The position numbers and the translations under genes were made by a program. From contig NC_015913.1 of assembly GCF_000270205.1 (NCBI RefSeq), positions 270,001 through 302,000 of the forward strand: 32,000 bases of DNA, in the 5' to 3' direction. The DNA is from Candidatus Arthromitus sp. SFB-mouse-Japan (GTDB taxonomy: Bacteria > Bacillota > Clostridia > Clostridiales > Clostridiaceae). Below the pieces are notes generated by a model. It searched no databases and had not been told where the DNA came from. It saw nothing but the letters and a program-made list of their open reading frames with translations. Shown here piece by piece: positions 18,058 to 26,762 of this stretch (positions within the stretch are counted from its first letter, which is position 1; each line of letters begins with the position of its first letter).

Positions 18058-19737
18058 ATGTTTAGATTTAATATAAGTGAAGAAATTATTTTCGAATTGA
18101 AGAACAAGGATTTTAAGGTAAATACATTTATAACAGATAGTTTTTTCAAAGAAGTGTTAAAGAATCTTAATGATAAAAAAATTTTTATATGTTATGGTCT
18201 TTCAAATGATTTAAGAGAAAAGTTTTGTTTTAGACTTATATACAAGTATTTTAATGATAGATATGTACGGGATTTAGATGTAGGTGTTTTTAAGATATCC
18301 AGCGTTAGTGAATTAGATGAAATCTATTTAGAAGATGAGCTACAAATTTTTTATTTTTATGATTTCTTTGGAAGTGTAAAATTTACAGATAAAAAATTTG
18401 AAAATTATATAAATAGGATAAAAAATTCTGATAATAAAATATTATTAATTAATACTAGGAGTTTTTTAAAGGAAGAAATTATTTTATCTAAATTTTTTGA
18501 ATATAAACAAGACTTAGAGTGCCATAAGGACGCAATTATTGAGTTTTTGGGTGTAGATTTAAATACTGATATTGATGATTGCTGTGATTTGGATTTTGAA
18601 TATCAAAACTTTAATTATATTGATAAACTTGTTTTATTTTATGTTTTTATGAATTTTTCTTATGATATTAATAAGTGGATTGATACAATGGAGAAGTACT
18701 TACTTTATAGGGATATTTTTAATGATCATAATGAATTTAAAGAAATTGTTATTAATTCATTTAGGAAGTTAGAAGATTGTTTTATATGTGTTTATGACAA
18801 TAGGAGATTTAATATAAAGAATCTTATAGTATATAATTTCATATTAGATAGGTTGAAAGATGATGTGAATATTATTAAAGATTTATTTAATAATATTCAT
18901 AGTTATGATGATTTATATTCTGTATGCAGTATATTAAGTCAGAATAATATAAAATTATGTTATACTTTATATGAATACGAAAATAATTTTAAAGATAATT
19001 TACATAATATAGTTTTGTATAATGATTGTGTGGATGCGTTTTTACTTCTTAAAACAGTGTTTATATCTTTTTATGTACTTGATTTGTATGATATAGATAT
19101 AATAGAAAATTTGAATGTAAGAATAACTTATTCTAAGCTTAATATAGATAGTGCGATAGAGTATTTTTTTTCTATAAGTAATTATAAGAAGTTTATGATT
19201 AGTGGTGAAATATTTAGGAATAAACTCTTAAATTTAGTTTATGAACATGAGATTGAAAGTAGTTCTGAGTTTTATAATTATAGTTTTAAATATTATTTAT
19301 TTGTAAGTGAGTTTTATAAGTTATATGGTAATATAGATAATGATGGATTACTAAATTTGAGAAACCAATTTGATATATTAATAAGTATAATTTTAAATAA
19401 TATAAATTCGTATTTTACGGTTGAATACTTTAATATTAGTAGTGAAATTAGAGATTCTTTAATAGATTTAAAGGAGCTTATTGATAAGTATAATGTAAGA
19501 TTTATATTTGATAGGAATGTTTATGAGTTTTTTAATTTTATAGAGGACAAGTTATTAGATTTAATAAATAATGTTGATAGTTTTATGCCGAGAAATGTAG
19601 AGGAGTATCATAATTTAAAATATTTTGGTAGTGAACTTGAGAGGAATGAGGATTTTATAGAGAATGTTTTTACCACTATAAATTTAAAAAGTATTATTGA
19701 AAGAATAAATGAAAAAATTTGTTTATTTGAAGCATAA
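18058..19737 (+). CDS. Hypothetical 559-aa protein: degenerate P-loop/STAND-like N-terminal core plus a long helical C-terminal region
   Basis: A long stop-free ORF in about 18% G+C DNA is strong evidence for coding. KKIFICYGLSNDLREKF (aa 40-56) sits where a Walker A would be but lacks GK[ST]. LQIFYFYDFFG (aa 95-105) resembles a Walker B hhhhDDFxG strand. NKILLINTRSF (aa 126-136) resembles the hhhhTSR sensor strand. The rest is Y/N/I/F/L-rich and helical. The SD is weak. Confidence 0.7.
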   Translation: MFRFNISEEIIFELKNKDFKVNTFITDSFFKEVLKNLNDKKIFICYGLSNDLREKFCFRLIYKYFNDRYVRDLDVGVFKISSVSELDEIYLEDELQIFYFYDFFGSVKFTDKKFENYINRIKNSDNKILLINTRSFLKEEIILSKFFEYKQDLECHKDAIIEFLGVDLNTDIDDCCDLDFEYQNFNYIDKLVLFYVFMNFSYDINKWIDTMEKYLLYRDIFNDHNEFKEIVINSFRKLEDCFICVYDNRRFNIKNLIVYNFILDRLKDDVNIIKDLFNNIHSYDDLYSVCSILSQNNIKLCYTLYEYENNFKDNLHNIVLYNDCVDAFLLLKTVFISFYVLDLYDIDIIENLNVRITYSKLNIDSAIEYFFSISNYKKFMISGEIFRNKLLNLVYEHEIESSSEFYNYSFKYYLFVSEFYKLYGNIDNDGLLNLRNQFDILISIILNNINSYFTVEYFNISSEIRDSLIDLKELIDKYNVRFIFDRNVYEFFNFIEDKLLDLINNVDSFMPRNVEEYHNLKYFGSELERNEDFIENVFTTINLKSIIERINEKICLFEA

Positions 19738-19835
19738 AAGAACAAATTTTTTAGTGATGATATAGTATAATAATTTTAAAGCAAGTGAGATTTTAGTTGT
19801 ATTTTTAAGTTATTATAATTTTAAGGGGTGTCTAA

Positions 19836-20000
19836 GTGAACAATAACGACATAATAAACAATAATATTGATGTTATTATAAGGGGCATTTGTTGTTATGA
19901 TTGTAAAAATAGAGGAGAGTATAACGAGTGCGAAATATATGGGAAGATTCCAAATAGTATTTTAAAAGAGCAGGAAGATTGTTCTTTTTTTCATAGTTAA
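19836..20000 (+). CDS. Unlisted 54-aa Cys-rich small protein (VNNNDIINNNIDVIIRGICCYDCKNRGEYNECEIYGKIPNSILKEQEDCSFFHS)
   Basis: Not in the ORF track. AAGGGGTG SD at 19822-19829 lies 6 nt before the GTG at 19836, and the TAA is at 19998-20000. A 12-bp terminator hairpin follows. The Cys pattern is C-x2-C-x9-C-x17-C plus a His. The track's antisense ORF at 19876..20064 is the likely artefact. Confidence 0.55.
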   Translation: MNNNDIINNNIDVIIRGICCYDCKNRGEYNECEIYGKIPNSILKEQEDCSFFHS

Positions 20001-20008
20001 TTTTAAAT

Positions 20009-20040
20009 AATAACATGAGCATAAAAGTGCTCATGTTATT
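20009..20040. terminator. Bidirectional terminator hairpin between the Cys-rich ORF (+) and rmuC (-)
   Basis: A perfect 12-bp stem, AATAACATGAGC (20009-20020) paired with GCTCATGTTATT (20029-20040), with an 8-nt loop. It overlaps the rmuC stop codon. Confidence 0.55.
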
Positions 20041-21340
20041 ATTCAGTATAAGAAATGGATTCAATATCTTTAAGCTTATTTTGTATTTTTTTAGTTTTAT
20101 TATCAGATAAGGAAATTAAATCATTACTAACTTGTTCTAATTTATTTTTTGCTTTTTCCAATATAGTCGAAAAACTCTCAAATTCTTTTTTGACCTCTCC
20201 TAGTACTTTCCAAACTTTACTTGAATGTTTTTCAATTGAGATTGTTTTAAATGCCAAATTTAAGCTGTTTAATAGTGCGTATAGTGTAGTTGGACCTGTT
20301 ATTATTATTTTATATTCTCTTTGTATAAATTCTATTAAATTAACTCTTTTTGATATTTCAGAATAAAGGCTTTCTATAGGTAAAAACAGTATTGCAAAGT
20401 CAGTTGTATTATTTAAATCTATGTATTTTTCATTTATATCTTTTGAAAATTTTTTAATCGATGTTTCCAAAAGTTTTGAGTATTTTTCTATGTTATCTTT
20501 GTCTGAAGACTCATATGATTCCACAAGTTTTGAATAGTTATCGAGAGGAAATTTTGAGTCAATTGGAAGAAGTAGTTCTTTATTTGAATTTTTTGAAGGT
20601 ATCTTTAGTGCAAATTCAACACGATCTTTTGAATTATTTTTTGTTATAACGTTTTTAATATATTGATTTTCATTTAATGTTTGTGAAAGAAGATTTTCTA
20701 ATTGGTATTCTCCTATTATTCCTCTAGTTTTTACATTAGATAAAATTTTTCTGAGATCATTTATTGATATAAATAATGTATTTATTTCTCCTATGCCTTT
20801 ATATAAAACTTCCAAACGGTTACTAACTATTTCAAATGATTTAGATAATCTATTATCAAAAGTTTGTTGTAATTTTTCATCAACTGTATTACGTATAATA
20901 TCTAGTTTTTTTTCTGTAGATGAAATTAAGTTGTTTTGTGTATTAGTAATATTTTTAAGTTGTTTTTCGAGAGATATAGATATTTTTTCAAAAGATTTTG
21001 ATAATTCATCTCTGTTCATTTTAGACTCTAAGAGAGTTTGTTTTTTAAGAGAATCTAAAGATGTATTTAAGTTTATATTAGTATCATTTAGACGATTTGT
21101 AATTAAATCTATGATAGATATTATTTGTGTTCTTATCTCATCTCTTAAGTTTTTTTCATACGATGTTAGGGCATTATTTAATTTAGTATTTATGTTATTT
21201 AGCGAATGTTCTGTATTTATAATGTGATTTAAATAATTGTTTGTTTGAAATTTACCTATGTATTCTCTAAGACAGAGTATTAGAAATATATTTAGTAAGA
21301 CTATTATTAATAGGAAAATAATTATAATGGTATTTATCAT
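20039..21340 (-). CDS. rmuC: DNA recombination protein RmuC
   Basis: 433 aa. It has an N-terminal TM helix, a long coiled-coil region, and a C-terminal RmuC nuclease-like domain (VEFALKIPSKN..., LLPIDSKFPLDNY, FAILFLPIESLYSE). AAGGAG SD. Confidence 0.9.
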   Translation of the reverse strand: MINTIIIIFLLIIVLLNIFLILCLREYIGKFQTNNYLNHIINTEHSLNNINTKLNNALTSYEKNLRDEIRTQIISIIDLITNRLNDTNINLNTSLDSLKKQTLLESKMNRDELSKSFEKISISLEKQLKNITNTQNNLISSTEKKLDIIRNTVDEKLQQTFDNRLSKSFEIVSNRLEVLYKGIGEINTLFISINDLRKILSNVKTRGIIGEYQLENLLSQTLNENQYIKNVITKNNSKDRVEFALKIPSKNSNKELLLPIDSKFPLDNYSKLVESYESSDKDNIEKYSKLLETSIKKFSKDINEKYIDLNNTTDFAILFLPIESLYSEISKRVNLIEFIQREYKIIITGPTTLYALLNSLNLAFKTISIEKHSSKVWKVLGEVKKEFESFSTILEKAKNKLEQVSNDLISLSDNKTKKIQNKLKDIESISYTE

Positions 21341-21389
21341 GTGTTAATCTCCTTTTAAAATAAATTTTAATTTCTAGAGAGGTATCGAT

Positions 21390-23963
21390 ATGGAAAGGGT
21401 TTTAATATTAGATAGTAATAGTATTTTAAATAGGGCTTTTTATGCTCTTCCACTTCTTAGCTGTTCTGAAGGAATACATACTAATGGAATACTTGGATAT
21501 TTGACGATGTTTTTTAAAATGCAGGAAGAATTTAATGCTACATATGTGATTGCAACTTTTGATAGAAAGGCTAAGACATTTAGACATTTGGAGTATAGTA
21601 ACTATAAATCTGGTAGAAAATCTATGCCTAATGAATTATTTGAGCAACTTGAACCACTAAAAGAAATATTAAAAGCAATGAATATAAATATTTTTGAGCT
21701 CGATGGTTTTGAGGCTGATGATTTAATAGGAACATTGTCAAGAATATATGAGGAAGAAGGATTTGAACCTATAATAGTTACAGGGGATAAAGATGCACTT
21801 CAGCTTAGTTCAAGTATAACAAAAGTAATTATAACAAAAAAAGGTATAACAGATAAAGAAGTTTATAATGAAGAAAAGATGATTGAGGTATATGGAGTAA
21901 CTCCAACTGAGTTTATAGATGTTAAGGCTATTATGGGTGATAAATCTGATAATATTCCAGGTGTTTCTGGTATTGGAGAAAAGGGAGCAATTTCTTTAAT
22001 AAAAGAGTTTAAGAGTATTGAAAATCTTTATGAGAATTTAGAATGTTTAAAGGAAGGTAAAATTAAAAAGAATTTAATAGAAGGAATGGAGTCGGCTTTT
22101 TTATCGAAGAAATTGAGTAAGATAAATAGATTTGTACCCATTGATTTTTCTTTGAATGATATGAAAGTTTATAGTGAGTTAGACCACTTAAGAGTGTATG
22201 AATTATATAATAAATATGAATTGAAGTCTTTATTGAATAAAATAAATTCAAATAATGAGTCTTATGAAATATTAGTTAATGAAATTTCTAGTACAGAAGA
22301 TTTAACAGATTTATTAAATAAGATATATAATTCTAATTGTAATTTGTATATTTATTGTGATGTTTTAGGCAATAAGGTTTCTGAGATGCATTTTGGGAAT
22401 ATGTATATTAATTTTAATAATGAAAATTACATATTGAAAGAGAATTTTATATGCGAAAATTTTGATGATGTGAGTAGGATTTTTTCTTCTAAGAATGATA
22501 AAATATGTTTTGATTCAAAAATGATACATAAAGTTATGCTTATAAATGGTAAAGAAGTAAATAATATAATTTTTGATTTGGTTATAGGGGATTATTTATT
22601 AAAACCAGGTAGGGAACGCACTCTTATAAGTTTGTGCAGGGATTATGTATCTGTATCTTTAGATGAGGATGATACTTGTTTAGCAGTTTCATTTTTTGAA
22701 GATATCTATAAAACTATTTTAAATAAAATAGATAAATGCAATATGAGAGAACTTTATTTTGAAATCGAACATTTATTATCTCCAATTTTAGCTAGTATTG
22801 AATTAGAAGGATTTAGGGTTTCTGTTGAGATGTTAGGAGAATTGAAGGAGAAGTTTGATATAAAAATAAAGGAACACTCTGAAAAAATATATAGTTTATC
22901 AGGCGAAGTATTTAATATTAATTCTCCTAAGCAATTAGGTAAGATACTATTTGAAAAGCTGGATTTACCAGTTATAAGGAAGACTAAGACTGGGTATTCA
23001 ACTAATGCTGAAGTTTTAGAAGCTTTAATGGACAAACATGAGATTATAGAGGAAATTGTAAATTATAGACAGATAACAAAGCTACAATCAACTTACATAC
23101 TTGGACTTATGGATGTTATAGATTATGATTTTAAAGTTCATACATCTTTTAATCAAACATTAACAGCTACAGGAAGATTATCTAGTGTAGATCCTAATCT
23201 TCAGAATATACCTATTAAATATCCTCTAGGTCGAGAAATAAGAAAAGCATTTATTGCGGAGAAAAATAGCTATATATTATCTGCTGATTATTCTCAAATT
23301 GAACTTAGAATGCTTGCGCATATATCAGAAGATGATAATATCATAAAAGCATTTAGAGAAAATTTAGATATTCATAAAATGACTGCATCAGAGATTTTTT
23401 CTGTTGATGAAGATGATGTAACAAGTGAGATGAGAAATAAGTGTAAGGCTGTTAATTTTGGAATTATATATGGAATAAGTGATTTTGCTTTATCTAATGA
23501 TTTGAAGATATCTAAAAAAGAAGCTAGAGAGTATATGGATAGGTATTTTAATAGATATGTTGGGGTTAAGAGATATCTAGATGAAATCGTAGTTAAGGCC
23601 AAGAAAGATGGTTTCGTGACAACTATTTTTAATAGGAGAAGGGATATTCCTGAGATAAAGTCATCTAATAAAATTATAAGATCTCTTGGAGAAAGACTTG
23701 CTATGAATACACCTATACAAGGCAGTGCTGCTGATATAATAAAACTTGCCATGATAAAAGTTTACAATAGGTTAAATGAAGAAAATTTAAAATCTAAAAT
23801 AATACTTCAGGTTCATGATGAACTTGTGCTAAATGTGTATGAAGATGAGATTGATAGGGTATCTTTAATAGTTAAGGAAGAAATGGAATTATGCTATGAT
23901 GGGATATTAGTTCCATTGAGTATTAATTTATCTTATGGAAAAAATTGGTTTGAAGCGAAGTAG
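21390..23963 (+). CDS. polA: DNA polymerase I (5'-3' exonuclease plus a vestigial 3'-5' exo domain plus a family A polymerase domain)
   Basis: 857 aa. 5'-nuclease motifs are GDKDALQL and GDKSDNIPGVSGIGEKG. Polymerase motifs are A (DYSQIELRMLAH), B (RNKCKAVNFGIIYG) and C (QVHDELV). The Exo I position reads YCDVLGN with no DxE, so proofreading is probably inactive, as is usual in Firmicutes. Confidence 0.97.
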   Translation: MERVLILDSNSILNRAFYALPLLSCSEGIHTNGILGYLTMFFKMQEEFNATYVIATFDRKAKTFRHLEYSNYKSGRKSMPNELFEQLEPLKEILKAMNINIFELDGFEADDLIGTLSRIYEEEGFEPIIVTGDKDALQLSSSITKVIITKKGITDKEVYNEEKMIEVYGVTPTEFIDVKAIMGDKSDNIPGVSGIGEKGAISLIKEFKSIENLYENLECLKEGKIKKNLIEGMESAFLSKKLSKINRFVPIDFSLNDMKVYSELDHLRVYELYNKYELKSLLNKINSNNESYEILVNEISSTEDLTDLLNKIYNSNCNLYIYCDVLGNKVSEMHFGNMYINFNNENYILKENFICENFDDVSRIFSSKNDKICFDSKMIHKVMLINGKEVNNIIFDLVIGDYLLKPGRERTLISLCRDYVSVSLDEDDTCLAVSFFEDIYKTILNKIDKCNMRELYFEIEHLLSPILASIELEGFRVSVEMLGELKEKFDIKIKEHSEKIYSLSGEVFNINSPKQLGKILFEKLDLPVIRKTKTGYSTNAEVLEALMDKHEIIEEIVNYRQITKLQSTYILGLMDVIDYDFKVHTSFNQTLTATGRLSSVDPNLQNIPIKYPLGREIRKAFIAEKNSYILSADYSQIELRMLAHISEDDNIIKAFRENLDIHKMTASEIFSVDEDDVTSEMRNKCKAVNFGIIYGISDFALSNDLKISKKEAREYMDRYFNRYVGVKRYLDEIVVKAKKDGFVTTIFNRRRDIPEIKSSNKIIRSLGERLAMNTPIQGSAADIIKLAMIKVYNRLNEENLKSKIILQVHDELVLNVYEDEIDRVSLIVKEEMELCYDGILVPLSINLSYGKNWFEAK

Positions 23964-23979
23964 TGTTGGGGGGAATTAT

Positions 23980-24573
23980 TTGAAAAAGATAGGGTTAACT
24001 GGGGGTATAGCTACAGGTAAGAGCACATCAGTTAGAATGTTATTGAAAAAAGGGTTTAAAATTATAGATTCAGATAAGATTGTAGGAAGTATATTAGATG
24101 AAGATGAGGAAGTTTTATTGTATATAAAAGATGAATTTGGATGCAAATTTGTTTGTGATAATAAAATCTTAAAGCGTGATTTTGGGGAATATATTTTTTC
24201 TCATGACAGCGAGAGGATAAGATACGAAGATTTTATAATGCCTAAAATTTTAAAATGCATAGATAAGGAATTTAAATTTTATGAAGAGAGTAGTGAAGAT
24301 ATTTGTATACTAGATGCTCCTATTTTAATTGAAAAAGGTATACATCTCTCAATGGATTATGTTATATTGGTATGGGCTAAAAGAGATCAACAAATAAGTA
24401 GAATTATGCAGAGAGATAATTTGAATAGAGAAAGTGCTATCAAAAGAATAAATGCACAGATGGATATTGATATAAAGAAGAGATTTGCTGATTTCATAAT
24501 TGATAATTCGAAGGGAGAAGAATGCTTAAAGGATCAAATAAATAAATTGAGTTTATTTTTAAATAATCTCTAA
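23980..24573 (+). CDS. coaE: Dephospho-CoA kinase
   Basis: The P-loop IGLTGGIATGKST lies at the N-terminus. I prefer the TTG at 23980, which is preceded by GGGGGGAA, over the track's ATG at 23935, which would overlap polA by 29 nt and add an atypical 15-aa extension. The polA-coaE-SLT order is common in Firmicutes. Confidence 0.9.
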   Translation: MKKIGLTGGIATGKSTSVRMLLKKGFKIIDSDKIVGSILDEDEEVLLYIKDEFGCKFVCDNKILKRDFGEYIFSHDSERIRYEDFIMPKILKCIDKEFKFYEESSEDICILDAPILIEKGIHLSMDYVILVWAKRDQQISRIMQRDNLNRESAIKRINAQMDIDIKKRFADFIIDNSKGEECLKDQINKLSLFLNNL

Positions 24574-24594
24574 TTTGAATGGTGGTACAATTAA

Positions 24595-25146
24595 ATGGTA
24601 AAAGTAAGAAATATTATTGCAATTTTAATAGGTCTTGCATTAGCCTTTTTTGTTTCTGTAAGTATTTTGAAATCTCTATATACAGTAAAATATTATAATT
24701 ATATTGAGAAGTATTCTGCTATGTATGATTTAGATAAATATTTGGTTATGTCTGTTATAAAAGCTGAGAGTAATTTTGATAAAGATGCAGTATCTGTAAA
24801 GGATGCAAGAGGTTTAATGCAAATAACACCTCTAACTGCTAATTGGATAGCAGAACAAATAAATTTAATAGAATTTTCTTTAGATAAGTTAAATGATCCA
24901 GAGATTAATATATTTATGGGTTGTTGGTATTTAAATAATTTAAGGAAGGAGTTTAATGGAGATTATGTTTTGATTTTATCTGCATATAATGCTGGAAGAG
25001 GGAATGTTAATAAATGGTTAAAGAACGAGGAATTTTCTAAGGATGGTAAAAAATTAGATTATATACCATTTAAGGAAACAGAATTATATATAAAGAAAAT
25101 AGGATTAAATTATAATATTTATAAATATTTGTATAGAGATAAATGA
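24595..25146 (+). CDS. Membrane-anchored lytic transglycosylase (SLT domain)
   Basis: 183 aa with an N-terminal TM or signal anchor. The catalytic region is AESNFDKDAVSVKDARGLMQITP, with AYNAGRGNV also present. Confidence 0.85.
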   Translation: MVKVRNIIAILIGLALAFFVSVSILKSLYTVKYYNYIEKYSAMYDLDKYLVMSVIKAESNFDKDAVSVKDARGLMQITPLTANWIAEQINLIEFSLDKLNDPEINIFMGCWYLNNLRKEFNGDYVLILSAYNAGRGNVNKWLKNEEFSKDGKKLDYIPFKETELYIKKIGLNYNIYKYLYRDK

Positions 25147-25154
25147 TAATATAA

Positions 25155-25183
25155 TTGACAAATAATAATAATATAATTATAAT
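25155..25183 (+). promoter_or_regulatory. Consensus sigma-A promoter (TTGACA-17 nt-TATAAT) for tRNA-Leu
   Basis: TTGACA at 25155-25160, a 17-nt spacer and TATAAT at 25178-25183, about 20 nt upstream of the tRNA 5' end. Confidence 0.5.
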
Positions 25184-25204
25184 TCTAAGTATATTTATAT
25201 ATTT

Positions 25205-25291
25205 GCAGGTATGCTGAAATTGGCAGACAGGCTAGATTGAGGGTCTAGTGTGCGTATGCACGTATGGGTTCAAGTCCCTTTACCTGCACCA
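25205..25291 (+). tRNA. tRNA-Leu (anticodon GAG), class II with a long variable arm and encoded CCA
   Basis: The acceptor stem is GCAGGTA/TACCTGC. The D-loop is AAATTGGCAGA. The anticodon stem is CTAGA/TCTAG with loop TTGAGGG, giving anticodon GAG. The T-loop is TTCAAGT and the 3' end is ACCA. One T-T mismatch in the T stem. The overall layout parallels known bacterial tRNA-Leu. Confidence 0.88.
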
Positions 25292-25297
25292 TTTTTG

Positions 25298-25335
25298 ATA
25301 GCGATTGTATATAGTACATCGCTATTTTGTTTTTA
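25298..25335 (+). terminator. Terminator hairpin after tRNA-Leu
   Basis: ATAGCGAT (25298-25305) pairs with ATCGCTAT (25318-25325), followed by TTTGTTTTT. Confidence 0.55.
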
Positions 25336-25357
25336 TATTTTATAGGTGGTGTATTTT

Positions 25358-26188
25358 ATGAGTAAAGTGTTAAAGTTAAACCCTCTTTATATGGAGAAAA
25401 TATGGGGGTATGAGAAATGGATTTTATCAACTCACAAAAATGGAATTTCTTTTGTTGATTCTGATCAGAGAAATTTGCTTGAGTGTATAGGTAGAGAATT
25501 GCCTATTCTGATAAAGGAAATAAAGGCGAATAATAACCTGTCAGTACAGGTTCACCCATCAGACGATTATGCTAATAAATATGAGAATGATTTTGGTAAA
25601 ACAGAGTGCTGGTATGTATTAGATGCTGATAAGGATGCAACTCTTATTTGTGGTTTAAAGGATGGAGTTACTAAAGAAGATTTTAAAAATGCATTGGAAT
25701 GTTCGAATGTGGAAGGATTGTTGAAAAGAATTAATGTTAAAGTGGGAGATATGATATATATACCAGCAGGAACTGTTCATGCTGTAGAAGGTGGAATAAA
25801 AATACTTGAGATACAACAATGTAGTGATGTTACTTATAGGATATATGATTGGGGAAGGGATAGAGAAGTCCATATAGATAAGGCACTGGATGTTATAAAT
25901 TTTAATAGTGATGTAAATTATGGTAGGATAGAAAATTTTACAAGGTTGGAATCACCTTATTTTATAGTTGAAAAATTAATCATTGACGGGGAATACATAG
26001 ATCATTGTGGTGATAATTATTGTGTTTATATTTGCTTAAATGGGAGTGGAACTATAACAATGAAAAAAAATGGAAATGCAATAAGTATATCAGAGTTAGA
26101 TACAATATATATTTCTCAAAACATTGGCTGTAAAATTAACGGGAGCATAGAGGTATTAAAAGTGGTAGATAAAATCACCTTAAATTAG
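25358..26188 (+). CDS. manA: Mannose-6-phosphate isomerase, class I (short Firmicute type, cupin fold)
   Basis: The motifs MEKIWGYEKW, LSVQVHPSDDYA, ECWYVL and IPAGTVHA are present. I prefer the ATG at 25358, 8 nt after AGGTGG, to the track's GTG at 25346, which lies inside the SD. Confidence 0.85.
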   Translation: MSKVLKLNPLYMEKIWGYEKWILSTHKNGISFVDSDQRNLLECIGRELPILIKEIKANNNLSVQVHPSDDYANKYENDFGKTECWYVLDADKDATLICGLKDGVTKEDFKNALECSNVEGLLKRINVKVGDMIYIPAGTVHAVEGGIKILEIQQCSDVTYRIYDWGRDREVHIDKALDVINFNSDVNYGRIENFTRLESPYFIVEKLIIDGEYIDHCGDNYCVYICLNGSGTITMKKNGNAISISELDTIYISQNIGCKINGSIEVLKVVDKITLN

Positions 26189-26199
26189 GTGGTTTTATT
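26171..26199 (+). terminator. Weak terminator hairpin overlapping the manA stop
   Basis: AAAATCACC (26171-26179) pairs with GGTGGTTTT (26188-26196) with one G-U pair, followed by ATTTAT. It sits between convergent manA and the 106-aa ORF. Confidence 0.4.
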
Positions 26200-26204
26200 T
26201 ATAG

Positions 26205-26525
26205 TTACAATTCAAGCGATTGTATAAATAGTTTATCAACTACGAAATCATTTTTAAAAAAAAGTAATATATTTGCCTTAGTTTTGATTTTATTATTAAT
26301 TTGTATGTCATAATGTGTTATATTTTGAGTGATGTATGATGATATATCTAATATATTTTTAGCTTGTAAAATAGAATATAATTTATTAAAACCCTCTAAA
26401 TTATCGGAATAATTGTTAAATAACAAGTATATTAAACAATCAATTAGATTTTTTAAAACTAAGGTTACTCTTGGCTTAGACAAACTTAGTAATTCTAATG
26501 AGGATACAAGTTCATTTTTTATCAT
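26205..26525 (-). CDS. Hypothetical 106-aa helical protein, divergent from the 443/911-aa operon (weak HTH-like segment)
   Basis: A strong SD (AAAGGGAGGAATTATC before the ATG on the minus strand). The segment SSLELLSLSKPRVTLVLKNLID is vaguely like a wHTH recognition region. No family was recognised. Confidence 0.6.
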   Translation of the reverse strand: MIKNELVSSLELLSLSKPRVTLVLKNLIDCLIYLLFNNYSDNLEGFNKLYSILQAKNILDISSYITQNITHYDIQINNKIKTKANILLFFKNDFVVDKLFIQSLEL

Positions 26526-26719
26526 GATAATTCCTCCCTTTGTAAATTTTTAAAAATGAATCTAAGTTCATCTTATAATAAATTTGAACTGTTTACTATT
26601 ATACATTTGTCATATAAAATTGTACAGCAATTTAATATAATTTAAATTTTAACTATAGATGATACTGTGCTTAAAAAGTTAGTATATATAAAAAAGATAG
26701 TTATAATATTTTCCGAATT

Positions 26720-26728
26720 TGGTATAAT
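26720..26728 (+). promoter_or_regulatory. Extended -10 promoter candidate (TGgTATAAT) for the 443/911-aa operon
   Basis: TG at 26720-26721 and TATAAT at 26723-26728, about 35 nt upstream of the ATG at 26763. It lies in an extremely AT-rich 237-nt divergent intergenic region, so chance matches are likely. Confidence 0.35.
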
Positions 26729-26762
26729 TATTTAATATGTTAGGCTTTTAGGGTGATATTTA

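Noticed and set aside
19876-23752. Track ORFs 19876..20064(-), 20055..20366(+), 20461..20649(+), 20793..21227(+), 22063..22251(-), 22754..23035(-) and 23372..23752(-), plus 25655..25873(-) further on
   Set aside because: They are antisense to the Cys-rich small ORF, rmuC, polA or manA. The sense genes have strong family signatures, and these frames have none.
23935-23979. The track's ATG at 23935 as the coaE start, overlapping polA by 29 nt
   Set aside because: It adds 15 residues before the N-terminal P-loop, which is atypical for CoaE. The TTG at 23980 has a G-rich SD immediately upstream. The upstream ATG cannot be excluded.
26556-26571. Inverted repeat ATGAA-N6-TTCAT in the divergent intergenic region as an operator for the 106-aa protein
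   Set aside because: The arms are only 5 bp in DNA of about 15% G+C, so chance occurrence is high. There is no second copy to support it.
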